Below are positions 51,681-64,000 of a stretch of DNA of 64,000 nt, in pieces. The notes below the pieces were generated by a model. The model had not been told where the DNA came from. It saw only the letters and a program-made list of their open reading frames with translations, and ran no database searches. A program made the translations under genes and the position numbers. Position 1 is the first letter of the stretch, and every line of letters begins with the position of its first letter. The stretch covers positions 43,146 to 107,145 of the forward strand of contig NIVC01003169.1 of assembly GCA_002269645.1 (NCBI GenBank). Direction: 5' to 3'. This DNA is from Macrostomum lignano (Eukaryota).

Positions 51681-54249
51681 TCAGTTGGGCCCCAAATTTA
51701 ATAAAAATTATTGTACTGTGACTGCAAGGTATCCAAGTTTCTTTCACAAGTACTTTCTATGACCAATTCTGGTCAGAATGGCTGCCAGTTTGGAATTCTT
51801 ACAAGTAGATCTAAAAAGATCACATCATGAACAAAAATGCGAGTAGTTTTAGCCACAATTAATGAGATTATGTCAAAGGCTTGGTGCAATCTACTTTCAA
51901 ACAAAGTTTAGACTTTGGATAAAATATATTTACAATAAGAAATACCAAAATGAGAGCTAGTGATACCAAAGTGAATACCAGAGGCAATGAGAATAATTGT
52001 CAAGGGTCACAGAAAAGACAGCTTAGCTAGCATTTAAGTAAGACAATTTTTACATTAATAAAACGATTCAAAAATATCTAAGAAATGGTGTAAAAGCCTA
52101 TTAGAATATGTTTTAAAAAACTTAGACAGTTTCTAGGTAGCTTAGCACACCTTTATAATTTATACCTATGCTGCACTTATATTACAATCAACTAGAGTTG
52201 TGATAATCAATTACCATTTTTAAGAGTGGCTATAGTGTATAAAATTTATAGCAAGCTTCCTATAGATTATCTTATAGTTAATATAATAATGAATGCTAAA
52301 TATGACAAATATAATCATTTTCTTTCATTTATTTTTTATTTCATACTATATTTTCTAATCTATTTTGGATTTTTTCCTGCCTATATTATTTCACTCACTG
52401 GGCTTACTTGTAGCCCATTGTTTATTATAAAAGTAGATACTTCTTTTGTATATGCCCTTTCCTACATCTAGATCTGAGGCTTTAAGAGAAGTGAAGCATT
52501 ATGAATAAAGTTTAACATGGATTTGAGGGCATTGTTTTCCACAAACTCAGAAGGGTAGGGTTGGCATTTGGTCTAGGTGCATTTTCATTGAATTTCATTG
52601 AACACCTATAAATACTTGATGCATGCAAACTATAGCATATTTCATAGGATTTAATATGATAGTCAATATTTTCAGTTCTATAATTATAGATAGCACACTA
52701 ATTCAATATTATTATAACATTTAGGATAACAATAGAAATGAAATATTTTCATCATATAGGATTATACATTTATCAAGATAAAATTGGCAAAGAAAACCTC
52801 AATTAGAGTGCATAGTGAAAGGGCAATGGCTGTGTTTCCACTAGTTGGTCCCTTTTGTCTAATGGATAGATAGCCAAAGAAATATTTAAGGCAACTCTTA
52901 ATTTGTTTTGAGTTTAATTTTTGTAAAGCCATTTTTCCATTGCTGCCAGCCTACTATTACGCTGCCAGCATAAGATAAATAATAATACAAGTAGTTATTA
53001 TTACTTGTCTATTTTGATATAGCTATCAGCTATGCCTTATATATTTGCCCATTGTTTATAGTCCCTTTTTGATTCTTTGCTCACTAACCTTTATTTACTG
53101 CTTCTTGTGCATTATCACATTGTCTAACAACCCTAGCTTGCAAGCTGTGGCAATCTATTCAGCTGATCAAGAGGCCCTTGATGAAGCATTTTACTAGGCT
53201 ACCTAGTAGGGCCAAGTGCAGATAATAGCCTACTTAATAGGCCTTAGTAAAATCTCTATCAATGAATGACACCTATCACAACTTGTGACTTACTCAAGAA
53301 TAGTTTCAATGAGTAGAAGTATGCCTTTGTGTACAAAGGGTGACCTTAGCTTGTTTTAGCCCTTCTGCTAGCCATCACCTAGGAGGCTTGTTACCCACCT
53401 TTTATAGTTTTGAAGGCGATATGTATGCCAGGAAATCCCAGTGTATAACAAAAGTCTTATCATTTTTCACTGTATATCAGGGTATATCCTGGCATATATG
53501 ACACAGCAGATACATTGTGTCAAATGACATTTATTGTATTGGTATATAAACCTGGCATATAAACAAGGGCTTGTCATTTTTCTGGCATTAAAATTGGCAT
53601 ATATTAATATACAATTGAAACTATAGCCCACCTTTAAGAGGGATAGATTCCCCACTTGAGTTTTTCTATTTGGCACTTATGATAATCTATTATCAATCTT
53701 TTAGTTGAATTTATTTTGATATTAATTGTTAATCTAAATAAAACCTAATTTAATTTTCAAAGAAAATATTTTTAATGTGTAAAAGTAAAGACTACTAGGT
53801 CTTGGTAAACTAATAACCTAACTTTTATCCTTTTCAATCATTTCTTGTTATAACTGTTTCATTTCAAACACAAAAATTAACAAATGAAAGAGAAATATTG
53901 CATTAAATGACTATCTATAGTCTATGACTTTATATATATAATATATATATTAATATAAAGAAGGATACCTAGCATTTTGGAGACAAACTAAATCATAAAT
54001 TTTTGCTAGGCCTAGGCCTAGGGTTCACTATCAACCATTGGTAGGCCAGCCCATTGACAGGATTGACAGGAAGGTGGGATAGTGTGCATTGGAAAAACTA
54101 ATTATAGAATGAATTAAAGGGCCTATTATAGGCCTATAATAAATATTATTTTGTACTCCAAGCAAGTCATTATATCAACAATTAAAAAATTTCAAAATCA
54201 TTTTGCTTAATAATTAAGTTCATTGGGCCTTACCTTTTAGGCATGGTGA

Positions 54250-54700
54250 AACGACAATTTATATGGGTTTTCCCATATTATCGTTTCCTTCTGCCAACAG
54301 TTCAGGAAGACAACGAACAATGGACCTGATGGTAACTTTCTCTGTGTGATCTCTAAAGTCACATTCTCAAACTTCAGGCGAGGATCTTTCCTCTTCAATC
54401 AGTATATTTTATAAGCTAGCACACTGTACGCGAGCAACGAGGAATAGGAGCAGTAGGGGGAGAGAGAGAGGGATTTTGAGGCCCAATAGGCAGTGTCGGT
54501 CAGAGGTTGTGCATGCATCACGCGAGGGTCGCATGGCTGGGCTTCTTGCTCGCCGATCATCAGGACTATTTTTAGACATGCAGATCTTGTGCATCTGGGG
54601 AGTTGCTGCCAAGGCTGGATGCTTGTTCATGCATCACGCGCGTGTCGGCTGATTTCTCACATCCTCTTGCTAACGGCGCCTTCGTTTCACTTCAATGGCA
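54250..54700. promoter_or_regulatory. Small CpG-rich island, candidate (bidirectional) promoter
   Basis: About 20 CpGs in 450 bp between two nearly CpG-free tracts; strong minus-strand donor AAAG|GTAAGG at 54234/54233 and a plus-strand ATG-bearing micro-exon at 55658-55688. Confidence 0.45.
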
Positions 54701-57439
54701 GCCATGTCTATAATATTTGAGCTTATAGGCAAAGCTATAATCATTGATATAGAATTTATGTTCTATAAGGCTTTCTTATAAATAAATGGTGGCTTAGTGG
54801 ATATGTCTTAGTTCTGTCACTTTGTTGACATTTTGTATTGAGTCAACCATGTGACACCTATGCTATTGGACATGAATAATAATGTGAATGCTTAAACAAT
54901 CTATTAGGGAAGGTTGTTTTTTGTTATATATTGATTTATATTATATGTTATATATTTATTGATTTTTATTGTATAGATCATGTTTCTAATGACAAAAACA
55001 CTATGGGCAGAAATTGTTTTGCATGTTATTGTAACTACAATATTGATAGGTTAACTCACATTGACCAAATGATGTTTTGTTATTAGATTTTTTCTTGGGT
55101 CAGAATAAATTTGCCAGTTATTTAGCTTTTTTTCATATTATATACATTTGAGAAACTTTAATATGAAGGCATCTATGAGGCTCTTTTTTCTATAGACAAG
55201 TTTTTTTTATTAGTGCAAAGGCTAAGACCAATGAAAGCTTGGTAAAGAATCAGAAAGTTTTTTATCACAAAGTTGCAAAGGCCAGGAGTGAAGAAAGCTT
55301 GGCAAGTAATCAGGAAATTTATTGATCATGGCAAAGTTGCTTGTCTTATTAGCTGATAGTTTACTAGGCATCATTTTGACAAACTAGATCACCTTGGTTA
55401 TGGATGCTTAAAGCATTGAGGCCCAATGAGCAGCAATTTCATACTTGTTCTCCATGTAGAGTAAGTAGATAGCTTTTGAGGTATTGTGCCAAATGGTAAA
55501 AGGTAAAAGTAGTAGCTATAATATATTTATAGGAGAAATGTCTTGAAATAGAAATAGAGGCCAGTTTAATGCAGTTATATTAATAATTTGATATCATGTA
55601 CAGTCTGTATTTGTACTGAAAATCAAAATCAAATGAGCTTTTGCCTTTTTTCTCTAGCTATTTGGATTTAACCATGGCTAGCACATGGGTAAGGCTATAG
55701 CTTTTGTATATAATGCCTATTGCAATTGAAAAATCACAGCTTTTCATCAAGATCTATAAAGCACTAGTGTCTAATATTTGTATATTAGGTTTTAGATTAG
55801 GCTATCAGTTTCTATACTGTTCACAATTAGATAGGACACTTCATGCTAGCCAAGTATGACTAGGTGATCAGCCATGCTCTGGTTGCCTTGTCATTTTACT
55901 TAATAGAGAACTTGCTACTATATCAAGGCACTCCTAGATGAGGATTGAGGATACTCATATGGTAGTCTGTCTGCTAGCTTGCTGCCTATGTTAGTGTTCC
56001 AACAACAATTGTCTATCAATACTTGACAGAAGAAATTGCATTAGTGAAAATCTTGGTCTGCTATGTGCCTTGACTTCTCAGAGAGTTCCATGATGACTGT
56101 CCATTCCAAAAGAGGCCAATACAACCTCAACTCTGCCAACTCTGCCAAGTCTGGCCCCTATTATAACCAATGAGTGTTTTTGCAGATGCTAGTCTAGTCT
56201 GGCATAGATTAAAAAATGTTTGGTGTGCCAAGGCTCAAGCTCAAGGTAAAGAAAGAGAGGACCACTGGTATCTGGTGCATTTTTGCATTTTGTCCAGTAC
56301 TTAAAGAACTGTTTGGCATAATTTTACTTTTTTTACCCTTGGCTACAATATGGAGTCTGTCAAGGACACTGGATAAAGTTTAATCCCAAATGGTAACAAG
56401 TAGAGACTTGGGCAAGACAAGACCATAAATTGCCATAATTTCACTTGCTATACTTCACTATGCTAGTGACATTCACAAGCCACTTGTGGAGACTTAGGGC
56501 AGGTCTGAAAGAGACTTAATAATAATAGGGCAAGGGGTTCTGGTGAAGTGCAACTCAGTTTGAACTTAAGGGGACAAATGTTTCATGAATTTTATTGACT
56601 CTATTAAAATTTGTCTGACGAAAAGGTAACTAATGTTGCTATAGGCCCTATTTGAAATCTATGGAGGATTATCTAAAACTATCCAAACTATTATTGAAGA
56701 CATTTTTAGCCACCTACCATTTTTGTGTTCTGTTCCAGCAATGACAAGAAATACTTTTAGCAAGTTTTTGCACAAAAAGGGCATGCCCGCATCAAGAGTC
56801 ACACCAACCATACTTTAGGAGTACAGATTTCTATCGCCTACTGAGAAGCAGCGACTGAAGAATGTGGCTAAAAGGAGGCCCATGACCTTCTGGCGCATAG
56901 TGAAAGAAATTGAAAAGCTTGGGGAGGCAGAAAAGAAAGATTTTGCACTCCTTATGTTTCATTGCAAAGATAATGCTAAGAACAATGTTACAATTTCACA
57001 GTCCTGCCAAGCACGACTTTTTGATCACTTGCAGGCCATGGTTTTGGTGAGTGAGCAGGGCAATATTAAGTAGCATTCCATTTTTCCAAGAGATGCGAAT
57101 ACACCTGATTGTCCTCTAATTTAGACTTACCACACTGGCCACAATGTTGCACAAGTTCAAAAGCCAACCACTGCTGCACTACGAGATGCCGTGTGCCATA
57201 TGGCAATGAAGGCATATCATAAGCTCATCTTGCTTTTGCCTGCTTTAGAGTGAAATATAGCACTGATGCATATTTTAAAAGCAGAACAATGTATGCTTAC
57301 AGACATGTAGTTTCTTCTCAACATAGGGGTCGTATTACGATGCATTTCTTAACCTAAGTTTCATTGTAAGTCAGAACTTTTAACACAGATGAGATAGGTG
57401 TTAAGATTGTTCTCAAGATAAAAAAGTTTTGTAGTACGA

Positions 57440-58192
57440 CCACATACTACAAAATTGACATAATTTCCAGCACTCTCAAAACACCTTTGCAACCTCCTCA
57501 TCCACTTTTTGAAGGACTCAGCAAATGCTGAAGTGGGCATGGGGTTTGTGAGACCCCTCCAAGGCAGTCTCCACCTCCTTGCTCCTTGCCAACACATGCG
57601 GGCATGCATTGTTCTGATGCGGGAACCAGCCTCTTTGGACAATTTTCGCTGGATGTGGTCTCTCAATATGTCCAACACTCCACAGTATTTGTGTACTGTG
57701 GACTACATGTAGTAGTCACTGTTCACTGTCTGTCCATGTGGCACATAGTGGGTGTACACTAAGCCTTGTTGCAATGTTGCCTGCGGTCTGTATAGTTGGC
57801 TCCTGGTTCTGGCCATGACCATCTAAGCCAGCTTCATGGTTAGAGCATAGTTGGTCAAAGATGTGGTGGACTTGACTTTGGGACAAAGCCTGATCTTGGT
57901 GAATATCTTGCAAGTGCTTTAACCACTCCAATGCCGATTTTCCTGCCACAAAGAAGTCCACAACAACTTCTCTTTGATGGACAATTTTAAGTCTTGATAA
58001 ATAGTGTAGGAGTAACTTCAGTAAAGTTAAAAGTGAGCTGCAGAGAGATACAGATAAGATAAGATAGAAAGCTTAAAATGATGGACTAAGGAGTGGATAA
58101 GTTTTTCTTTTAGTCTATGACTTTTTTCCTCAGAGCATAAACTGGTTTTTGACAGAAGCATCAGTCTTATATTTAGCCAGACAGCCCTCGTA
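57440..58192 (-). mobile_element. Internally deleted, decayed mariner-type element
   Basis: HTH-like GKSALEWLKHL..HQDQALSQSQVHHIF (57716-57961) and C-terminal FKKWMRRLQRCFESAGNYV (~57460-57520); one TIR-like end reading TACGAGGGCTGTC on the minus strand at 58180-58192; the partner TIR was not found. Confidence 0.55.
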
Positions 58193-59764
58193 TTATGTGC
58201 TAATTTATATATTTCACTTCTTTAGATGATGCCGGCATGCTCGGCCCAGTTCCCTGGAATGAACTGGCTAGGGACAACACCCAATTAGAGAACTTCAAAG
58301 TTCCGGGATTTTTTGTCCCAAGTTTATTTTCAAATCCATGGGATTTGAAAGTTGCGGCATGCAAGGAGATCTTTCTGAATGGCATCGAATTTGTTTGAAG
58401 GCCCGAATTTCTTCAAAGTGAAGCTCCTGTAATGCTGGATGACTTGCTTTGTGAATCTGACGGCGCCTTGACCTAAACAGTGTAGCCAGATATTAGAATT
58501 TTTAGGCATTTTATGACAAAGCCTATAGTCATTTCCAGCCTTTCTGGCCTTGCGACCTATAGCAGTCTGATTCGCCTGCAGTCTTCCTATCGCTTGTGCG
58601 CCATTTGGGTTGCTGCAGTTTTGCAACTAGTGTTTGTATGCGCCTACTTTTGTGAAAATAAAATTTAGTTTAACAGTGATTAGCAAACTAAGTTAGTTTG
58701 CTTAGTTACAATCAAATATGGCAAAATATTGTGAATTTTGTTAATAAAGATCAAATGTGTTTATTTTGTTTATTCATAGCAATTTGCATTCTTGTTTTTC
58801 TAAAATGTGTTTGGTGCCTTCTTTAGAGTAAAGACAATTTTAGAAAGTTTTGCCCAGTCACTTCCTAGCTCTGCTGGATATTTTTTGTCTTCTGTTCTTG
58901 GGACCTTCTAGCATGCCCTATGTCCCCACACTGCTAACTAAGTGAAGTTTCTTGTGAAGTTAATTTGATGATCATTATTCATACTTTTAATTCAGAACAA
59001 TCCATTACTACAAGCAATGTATAGTTGCGTATGTGGTTTGAGAGATTGACAATGATTAAGTTTCATGAGTGGTTGCCACACATTGTCTCATAGATAAATG
59101 CTTTTGATCAGCATTGAACAATCCATCATTGTTTCATGATAAAGTGAATCTAATTGTTCAACGCTAAAAAAAGACGAGAAATTTTGGTTGCATGAGGCCA
59201 TAGACATAAAGCAAATCTGATTATTTAATGCTAAAAAGACGAGAATTTTGGTTGCTTGAGGCCATAGACATAAATTTTCTTGGCTAGATTGAAGCTTGTA
59301 AGAGCCTGTGTGTACTATTTAGACGATAATAGACAGACAGACACCATTGAGATTATTTTTTCTTATCAAACAAAAAACTGAAAATGATAAATTGGAAGCT
59401 TCTACTGGTAGAATATTTGATAGAGTATCATCCAAGGAGTTGCAGTTTCTGTCAAATGTGAGCTTTCTAGATCACAGCCAAGACCAAGACCTGAAGGACT
59501 TCATTGACTTCATAACTGATCATAGCAGGAACGACAACAATGTGCTAGATGTGCAGTTGCTGGATGAAGACGTCGTAGCCATTAGCGGTGCTAGTAGCGT
59601 AGCCAGTGATGGACTATTGTCTTAGTTGGATAACGCCAAGCTGCAATTGCTGCCAAAAACAACCAGGGATCAAATGATTCAGCACGGCAGCAAATTTATA
59701 AATTACATGGATTCATTTAGTTTACATAGACAAACATTGGCTACAATCAGAGCTGAACAATTAA

Positions 59765-62303
59765 CCCTCGAAAGATTTTGGGGTCCATTGGACCCCAACG
59801 GTATCTTTAGTTAGAATTAAATCATACTAAATATTATGTTAAAACAACCAGATGCTAGGAGAATTATTATTTTTGAAGGTATTCAACCGTATAAGCATCG
59901 TTGTTCTTATTTTATATAAGCCCAGTTCACCAAGTGAACTTATTATATTGGGGGTTCTTGGGGTCCAGTGGACCCCGTAACTAATTTTCTATATTTATAT
60001 AGTTGAAACACATAAAGTCGGTTGGGGCAGTTCAATATTTTCTAAACTTTCTAATATTTTCTATTTCTAGAATATTCTATATATAGCTGATGGGTATAAA
60101 AGGAGCACCCTCTTGCCCTAATCTTGTGAAAATAGCTATTCTATAACAAAAGATTTTCCAGCTGATTCATAGAGAAAACTACTATACCAAGCATTTACTC
60201 AGCAAGTATTTGCGAAAATTTGCAAAATGGCTTCTTCTAGACCGATGGTCGTAAGAGCTGCTAAGTCTAGAGCTCTTGAAGTGATTATGAACCAACCAGT
60301 TGCTCACCCAGAAGCCCATATTGACGCTGAAGTATCGGACGAAGACGAGGCTCTTTTGGATATTGCTGAAGCCGAACAAGATATTGATTTGCCCGATGTT
60401 GAAGATGCATCTAGTGATTCATCAAGGCCAGCATCACCTGTTGCTGCCGCAGCTGCTGCTGGTGATGTTGAAAGAAGTTATCGCAGTCCTAGTGGTCAAG
60501 TATGGCACCATGAAACTTCACGTCCTGGACAGAGGCCAGCCTGTAACATCTTGCGCAATAGACCAGGAATCACAGCTTACGCTGCAGCACGCATTCATGA
60601 TGAAGAGTCGGCTTTCCACGTCATCTTTGACAATGACATGGTTGACACAATTGTGATAGAGACCAACTGCGAAGCTAGGAGAGTTCTTGGAAATGCTTGG
60701 AATCCAACTACCAGAGAGGAAATCAATGCCTTCATTGGCCTAAACATTCTTCGCGGAGTATTCAAAGGAAGCATGGAGAGCATCGATGAGCTCTGGAGTG
60801 AGGAATTCGGAAGAAAGGTTTTCAAGAACTCCATGTCTTTGACGCGCTTCAAGACTATTCGTTGATTTCTGCGATTTTACAACCGCGAAACTCGAAATGC
60901 GCGACTGCAAAGAGATAAGCTTGCCGCTGTGAGGTTGCTGCTTGACGAACTTGTCCAGAACTCACAGAAGAGTTACTTTCCTAATGAAGCTGTTACTGTA
61001 GACGAACAGCTGTTTCCCTATAGAGGAAGATGCAGCTACATACAGTACATGCCAAAGAAGCCTGCCAAGTATGGGCTGAAGTTCTAGTGCCTAAACGATG
61101 CGGCTACTGGGTACTGCTGGAATATCAATATGTATATTGGCCGCGAGGAAGAGCGTGAGGCAAGCCTTGGTGAGCACGTCGTTTTGAAGTTGACGGAAGG
61201 GTTACAAGGATCAGGAATTAGAGTGACCGTCGACAATTTCTTTTGCTCTCTAGCACTAGCAAGATATTTACTGCAAAGGAATATGTCGCTGCTAGGTTCA
61301 ATACGGCTGCACAGACGGGAAGTGCCGCTGGAGATGCGAAACCATCAAGGACGTGAGCTGTACTCAACTGAGTTTGTTTACACAACTGAAGATCAGATCC
61401 AACTGCTTGCTTACAAGGCGAAACCCAATAAGCTTGTACTACTACTCTCTAGCCAGCACAGAAGTCCCGCGGTGTCTAACAATGCAACAAGAAAGCCGCA
61501 AGCAATTCTGGACTACAATAAGACTAAAGGAGGCACGGACTTGATGGACCAGATGACGATGTGCTACTCAGTGAAGTACAAGTCACGACGATGGCATGTA
61601 GCCGTGTTTTGCAATGTGCTAAACATTGCATGCCTTAATGCCTATTACCTCCACCAGGCTGTCTTCCCAGACAGCTACGGTGCAGTGCCCCATCGAAGAA
61701 GGCTGTTTCTGAGAGCACTTGGAATGGCACTGCTGAAGCAACAGCCTGGCCAGAGAGGAGCACGTCAGAATCATCCTCAGCGCCCAGTTGCATCAGTGCC
61801 AAAGGGAAGATGCCACATGTGTAGCCGCTCTGCTGATCGCAAAACTCGCACACGCTGCACTACCTGCCAACGGTACTGTTGCTCGGGGCACCTGCAGTCA
61901 GTCTGCCTCGAATGCATGGGGGAGCCTGCAGAGTGAGATTTCTTTTTGTGTGCTATTTACTGACAAATTCTGCTTTATCCTTCCTGTTCCAATATATTCG
62001 TAGAATTGCAAGACATTATTCATTATACATGTAGTTACACTGCAGTTACAATAATTAGTAATTAGCAAATACTAATCAGTACTCTCAGCTTCATTGCCTA
62101 ATTTCATTTAGAAAGTACCTGAATCAGTTGCTATGTTCTTGAGATAATATGCGACTAATGTATTACGTTCGCCATTGTATTGGTAGTTTTTTGCTTTGAA
62201 CAATAAATAATCAATAAAGCATTGTTAACATGCATCAACTCAGAGGGGTCCATTGGACCCCAAATATAATAAACCGACAATTGTTTTCCCCAACGTTCGA
62301 GGG
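59765..62303 (+). mobile_element. Full-length piggyBac DNA transposon (2539 bp)
   Basis: TTAA at 59761-59764 and 62304-62307; termini CCCTCGAA...TTCGAGGG; subterminal palindrome GGGGTCCA(T/G)TGGACCCC at 59780, 59960 and 62245; TATAAAAG at 60095 ahead of the transposase ATG. Confidence 0.95.
60227..61936 (+). pseudogene. piggyBac transposase (569 codons) with two in-frame stops
   Basis: One continuous frame with TGA at 60863-60865 and TAG at 61085-61087. Catalytic motifs TVDEQL, VTVDNFF and KGGTDLMDQM are intact, as is the C-terminal Cys-rich domain CHMC...CTTC...CCSGH...CLEC. Confidence 0.92.
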
Positions 62304-63789
62304 TTAAACAAGTTTTTGCAACTCTATTACTTTTGTTTGAAGAAACCTGATGGTGAGCTATATTCAGCCACAAGTTTTGTTTGCATTAGAGCTGGAATAC
62401 AATGTAGGCCTACTTTTGTCATGTCATCAAGCAACAAATAAACCTGGTTGGCAGTTCCAAGTTTTCAACATCAAATCGAATGCTACAGGTCAGGGTTTGA
62501 GAATTTCAATCTGTAGGAGGCGCCCTCAAGCATTATGAACCTATTGAGCTAGGTGATTTAGCCAAGTTACAAGAATACTTTAATTGCACCACTGGAGAGG
62601 CTGCAAGACAAAACCTTATTAATGCTACTCTATGTCTTGGGCAAGCGCGGCTATAATATGAACATAATTAGGCCCACAACTAGTTTGTTATACTGCGATA
62701 CTTTCCATTAATTGCCTCACATCATGTGGCACCTTTTTAAACCCCACATCAGATTTAAATGTGAAATTTATGTCAATAAAAATTTTGATATGATTTGCTT
62801 CTTTATTATTAATTAGTATATTTATACTACTTACTTCAATATATAAAAATGTCAAAAGATAATGCTGTTTTTCAACTACAAATAGATCATTATCTTTATA
62901 ACAATCAAAAAAGAAGCAAAAAAAACATTTTGCCTTAAAATTTCTACCTAGAAGCTTAAAATCTGTATTTTTCTGATCTCATGATTGAATCCCAGTATTG
63001 GCCAAATTCTGGGATTAAAATCCCAGGATCCTAGGGTTGCAAAAAACTGGGATTTTGCAATTTGCAAAATTTACAATTTTGCAATCTGAATCTAGGTGTA
63101 GGTGGCTGTGTCTATAAGTTTCTGTATTATAGACACGGCCACCGTGTCTCTAAGTGTGGCGTAAAGAAAGTTTGTATTAAACATTAAATTTAAAATAGCC
63201 TAGGGGCCTATTTGTTGCATAGGAAAATTATGCATTGATATAAAAAAATTCCGCATTTGAGTTGGCGTCCATCTAGGAAAAGATGTGCGTTAAACCCGGT
63301 CGATTCACTCAGCTTTAGATATAAAAAATAGCCTATATAGCCGGATCCGGAAAATTTGCAGATTTCTAATTTAAGTTTCAACGCTGACTTGCAAGTCTAG
63401 GAATAGTGATCGAACATACACACACAGACAAACAAAGCATCACTTTTAGTATATAAATTTGCAGTTTTCCCATATGCAGGTTTCGACGCTAAATTGACAC
63501 GCCACTAGTCTAGGAGTTCAATTGCAATAGTAGGCCTATATTATGTATATAAAGAGTCAGAATTTTAAAAGCTTGCCTTTATGTTGACTTTATAGTATTT
63601 CAAATAGCCGTCGATTTTCCAGGAAGTTTGTTGGTATTAAGACAAATTTTCTTGAAAGCTAGGAAAGCTAGAATTTCTAAGCTTCCTAACTGTTTGCTGT
63701 GCTAAAAAATTCTCTTTTTCAAAATTCTCATATGGAATGGGATGCGTTTAAGCACATTGGCTTATAGTTTTTATTCTTATTGCATATCG

Positions 63790-64000
63790 CTTAGCCATGG
63801 CCCTATGGGGCAGGATACGAATGCCAACGTCAATTAGACGGCGGGCAGTCTTAGCCCTGCGGACGAAGATGTCCAGCGGGGGAATGTTGAGGAAAGCGTT
63901 GAGGCCATCGTAATGGAGCAGACGGCGGGGCGCTCATGATCATGCGGCATGCGCGCCCTTCGTTCTACTGAGAGCCTTCAGTCAGGTCTCTTCATCTGCA
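63790..64000 (-). mobile_element. Degenerate LINE fragment (post-RT region, LOA/I group)
   Basis: Minus-strand translation with one frameshift: RACRMIMSAPPSAP/YDGLNAFLNIPPLDIFVRRAKTARRL. Confidence 0.6.

Larger units (their letters stand above)
59600..62655 (+). pseudogene. Decayed Crypton-type (DUF3504-like) tyrosine recombinase ORF, split by the piggyBac
   Basis: Removing the piggyBac and one TTAA rejoins LLPKTTRDQ...IRAEQL|NKFLQLYYFCLKKPDGELYSATSFVCIRAGIQ. After frameshifts it continues INLVGSSKFSTSNRML...GGALKHYEPIELGDLAKLQEYF and PLERLQDKTLLMLLYVLGKRG, the pattern I recall for the N-terminal half of Crypton/DUF3504 recombinases. Confidence 0.7.

Noticed and set aside
56730-57073. Possible tyrosine-recombinase C-terminal remnant (VTPTIL*...FALLMFH)
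   Set aside because: Spacing is atypical and the catalytic Tyr is absent; too weak without an HMM search.
60863-61087. Programmed readthrough or recoding of the piggyBac stops
   Set aside because: Two different stop codons, each one transition from a plausible residue; simple inactivation is more parsimonious.

Overview
Eukaryotic (metazoan) genomic DNA with short GT-AG introns and many micro/minisatellites. The style suggests a free-living flatworm such as Macrostomum; this is an inference and was not verified. Five protein-coding genes can be assembled by hand: (1) an inner-arm axonemal dynein heavy chain of the DNAH3/7/12 group, minus strand, 34 coding exons from 26055 to 434, running off the left edge, with one 1-nt frameshift; (2) a GT32 DXD glycosyltransferase (+, 3 exons); (3) a novel PKC epsilon-like kinase (+) whose first located exon has no ATG ahead of the C2 domain; (4) phosducin-like PhLP1/PDCL (-, 3 exons); (5) an intronless DNTTIP1/SAEG-2-like gene (-). 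Mobile DNA includes a full-length piggyBac with TTAA TSD and two nonsense codons inserted into a decayed Crypton-type tyrosine-recombinase ORF, a CAAGGAC-ended MITE family with 8-bp TSDs, two tRNA-headed SINE families, LOA/I-type LINE fragments and a mariner remnant. The most unusual observations: a 34-bp minisatellite that is an amplified exon/5' splice junction of PhLP1, with a larger inverted array of the same unit downstream of the gene; several other arrays whose units carry splice signals; a phase-0 acceptor that would let a flatworm spliced-leader AUG start PKC epsilon; and a CpG desert flanking a small CpG island.
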